From Lama guanicoe (lineage: Eukaryota): a DNA stretch of 64,000 nt. A program made the position numbers and the translations under genes. Every line of letters begins with the position of its first letter. The stretch's first letter is position 1. The notes under the pieces were generated by a model that was not told where the DNA came from, ran no database searches, and saw only the letters and a program-made list of their open reading frames with translations. Location of the stretch: contig MU053561.1 of NCBI GenBank assembly GCA_013239625.1, positions 4,881,214 to 4,945,213 of the forward strand. The letters are read 5' to 3'. Below are positions 61,528 through 64,000 of the stretch, piece after piece.

Positions 61528-61920
61528 ATCTGGTTCTCTCTTAGACTACAAGTACATTAAAAATATCCAGAAAGCAAAAAAGAACTGAAAGGATAAAAAG
61601 CTCCACTTTGCCACAATGGCAAAAAAAAAAAAAATTGGCTGCCAACTTTGTCACTCATTCTAGAAGCTGCTTGCTAGAGTGAAAGTTATTTTGCATAAAA
61701 TTATCTATTAACTCAAAGCTTTCAGCTCTATTTAAAGCTCCACTTTAAAGTTTGACTTTTTTTTAAAAGCTCTTCAGAAGTTTTTATTATCTGAAAGTAC
61801 TTAGGAATGTCTCCATTCATCCAGGATCTCTAGAATACCTTATTCTAGAACAAGAGTGTCCTATAATTTACACTGACATGCAAGTGAATGTTGAGTGATC
61901 TCCCTGCCCACCTTTAGCTC

Positions 61921-62100
61921 CCCTCCCTTCCTTCCTTCCTTCCTTCCTTCCTTCCTTCCTTCCTTCCTCCCTCCCTTCCCTTCCCTTCCCTTCCCTTCCT
62001 TTCTTTTTTAAAATAGACATACTGGGGATTGAACCCAGGACCTTGTGCATGTTAAGTGTGTGCGCTAGTGCTAAACTATACCCACCGCCTCTCCCTAACT
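61921..62100 (-). mobile_element. tRNA-Ala-derived SINE with (GGAA)n/(GGGAA)n tail
   Basis: actggggattgaacccaggaccttgtgcatgttaag; (CTTC)n at 61921-62000; possible TSD ctttagct at 61912 and 62110. Confidence 0.85.
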
Positions 62101-62952
62101 CCCTGCAAGCTTTAGCTTTTAAAACCAACATAACCTTTACCTGGTGAGATTGAAAGTAAGTAGTGAGAAGGTATTTGTGGGCAGAAGTCCTCCCTTAAAT
62201 CAGTAATTCCCATCTCCTTCTCCAGTAGAGCACACAAGCAAGAAAATCTCCCCCAACCAAAGCCAGGGTAATGAAGTCGTGCCTGCTGGCTTTAACATCG
62301 CCTCTCTCCCACTCAAGAGAGCACAACATACAAGCAAACGCACTGCATGTTGTTATAGGGATAACCTTGAATTTTCTCTGGCTCATTTTTTTAAAAAAAA
62401 AGGGTAAATCATTTGCAAACTCCAGTATTTTAACTATTAATAAAACAAATCATTTGCAAGGCACCCTACAAATGAGTCACCACAACAGTGTGAACATGCC
62501 GTGATTGAGAACTTTCACCTTAAATGGTGATACTTGGCCTACTCCGCACCTTGAGTGTTCAGCATTGGAAGGGATAATGAGGGGTGCATTTCTGGCCACC
62601 CAGTTCCTTCCTTCCAGCTGAGGAAAGGCAGGGGAAGAGGAACAGAGCAGAGCAGCAAGTTCCTTGAGGGTCCAGGGGTCTTGAACTGACTCTCAAGTTC
62701 CCTGCCACTTCAGTTATTTGGGGAGCCCTGAATGACAAGCCTGAAGTACTTGGAGCTGGGATGACGGAGCTCCCACAGATGCCGGGACAGTTTAGATAGT
62801 ACACAGTTAAGAGGTTAAAACATCCATTTTGGGTGCACACAAGTCCAAGCTCTGCAACCTCCTAGTTCTGTGAACTTAGATGAGTTATTTAACCAATCTG
62901 ATTTTCCATTTTCTCATCTGCAAAATGGATTTTAAAACAATCTATTTGTGGA

Positions 62953-63031
62953 GGGTGGTGGTAGAGCGTATGCCTAACATGGACAAGGTCCTGGGTTTAA
63001 TCCCCAGTACCTCTACTTTAAAAAAAAAAAA
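62953..63031 (+). mobile_element. Short tRNA-Ala-derived SINE inserted in a MIR (~62840-63065)
   Basis: gtggtagagcgtatgcctaacatggacaaggtcctgggtttaatccccagtacctc plus polyA; TSD ctatttgWgga at 62942-62952 and 63032-63042. Confidence 0.85.
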
Positions 63032-63079
63032 CTATTTGAGGAAATCTGATGTTTTCATCTGTTTAGAATCCCTTCTTAC

Positions 63080-63582
63080 CCATTTTCCCCTATACGTAAT
63101 CCAAGCTCCAGGGTTCAAATGGGGTTGACCCTCACCTACTTCATCCCCCTCGTCACAGGGGAGGTGTATGACCCAGGTCTGTCCACTCAGAGAGTTTTAT
63201 CCCCTGGCCACAGAATTTGATGCAGCAAGTAGCATATGACTCAAGCTGGTCAACCAGATTTTTCTGGTGGGGCTAGTGAGAAAGATAGATTTTTTTTTCT
63301 GCTGGAGCTGCTCACCAGGAGGATGGAGAATGGGGTGTGGTAGGCAAACGATCCTACTGTGTGGGAATAGGCTGTCCAAAGAATGAAGCTGAATAGAAAC
63401 AGCAGAGGTTAAAAAAAGAGAGAGCCCTAATGAAATCATTTGACTTCCAGTTCCCACTATGTCTGAAAGCACATGCACCCTCAAGCCTCCTGGTTATCTG
63501 AGTCAGTCAATTCCCTTTGGTGTTTAGACTAGTTGGAGTTGGGTTTCTGACATCCATAACCAGAAATCTTGACAAGTATACT
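63080..63582 (+). mobile_element. Old MaLR/ERV-L LTR (MLT1K/L- or LTR16-like)
   Basis: atgacccaggtctg...cccctggccacag...catatgactcaagctggtcaa; end aattccctttggtgtttagactagttggagttgggtttctg. Confidence 0.6.
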
Positions 63583-63947
63583 ATTTGAAGGGTGTCGTGG
63601 GAATAATGTCTGTGAAAGGATTTAAGACAGGGCCATGGAGTCACATCTTCCTCCCCCAGGACAAGGCTGAGGCCAGCTGGGCCTCAGTCAGTAGCCCTAA
63701 GACTGATAGAGGCCAGAGAACTCTTCCTTCCGTGTGTGTGTGTGGCAGGGCAGAGCCCACAGACTCCCTTTCCCCCACTCCTTGCTCCATCATTGTGCAC
63801 GTGACCCCAGCAACATGTGTCCCGGAGGGAAAAGTACTGCTAAGTAAGCTCTTTGAATGAACTGCTGACCATTTACTTCTGTAGTTCAGTAACAACTATG
63901 GCCACCCCATATCTGTACTGGGTTGGTCTGGTCCTAAGTTTTACTTA

Positions 63948-64000
63948 GTTTTTTTTCTTTTTTTTCTTAATTGAAGTATAGTTGATTCACAATGTTGTGT
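63948..64000 (-). mobile_element. L1 3' terminus running off the window edge
   Basis: polyT then aattgaagtatagttgattcacaatgttgtgt, the same end as at 54683. Confidence 0.85.

Overview
This is mammalian, repeat-rich, non-coding DNA (intergenic or deep intronic), not prokaryotic. It is most likely from a camelid: eight copies of a tRNA-Ala(AGC)-derived SINE match the Vic-1 type as I recall it, and there are young artiodactyl-type L1 3' ends. I found no credible host protein-coding exon. Every recognisable ORF-track hit is a transposon remnant (L1 ORF1/ORF2, L2 and CR1/L3 reverse transcriptase, ERV-L gag, hAT transposases). A large share of the window is L1, L2, L3, MIR, SINE, ERV/MaLR LTRs and hAT DNA transposons, often nested. 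The most notable items are: (1) a 2.9-kb L1 with an intact 5' end and ORF1 that stops just before ORF2 yet is flanked by a target-site duplication (TSD), i.e. HAL1-like or internally primed; (2) a ~1.07-kb quasi-palindrome made of two convergent MLT2 LTRs; (3) a 24-bp sequence duplicated 3.6 kb apart, with a partial third copy in tandem; (4) several unique motif-dense segments that may be enhancers. I cannot support a claim of a new biological system. Repeat family names come from remembered consensus sequences, not database searches, and boundaries of old repeats are approximate.
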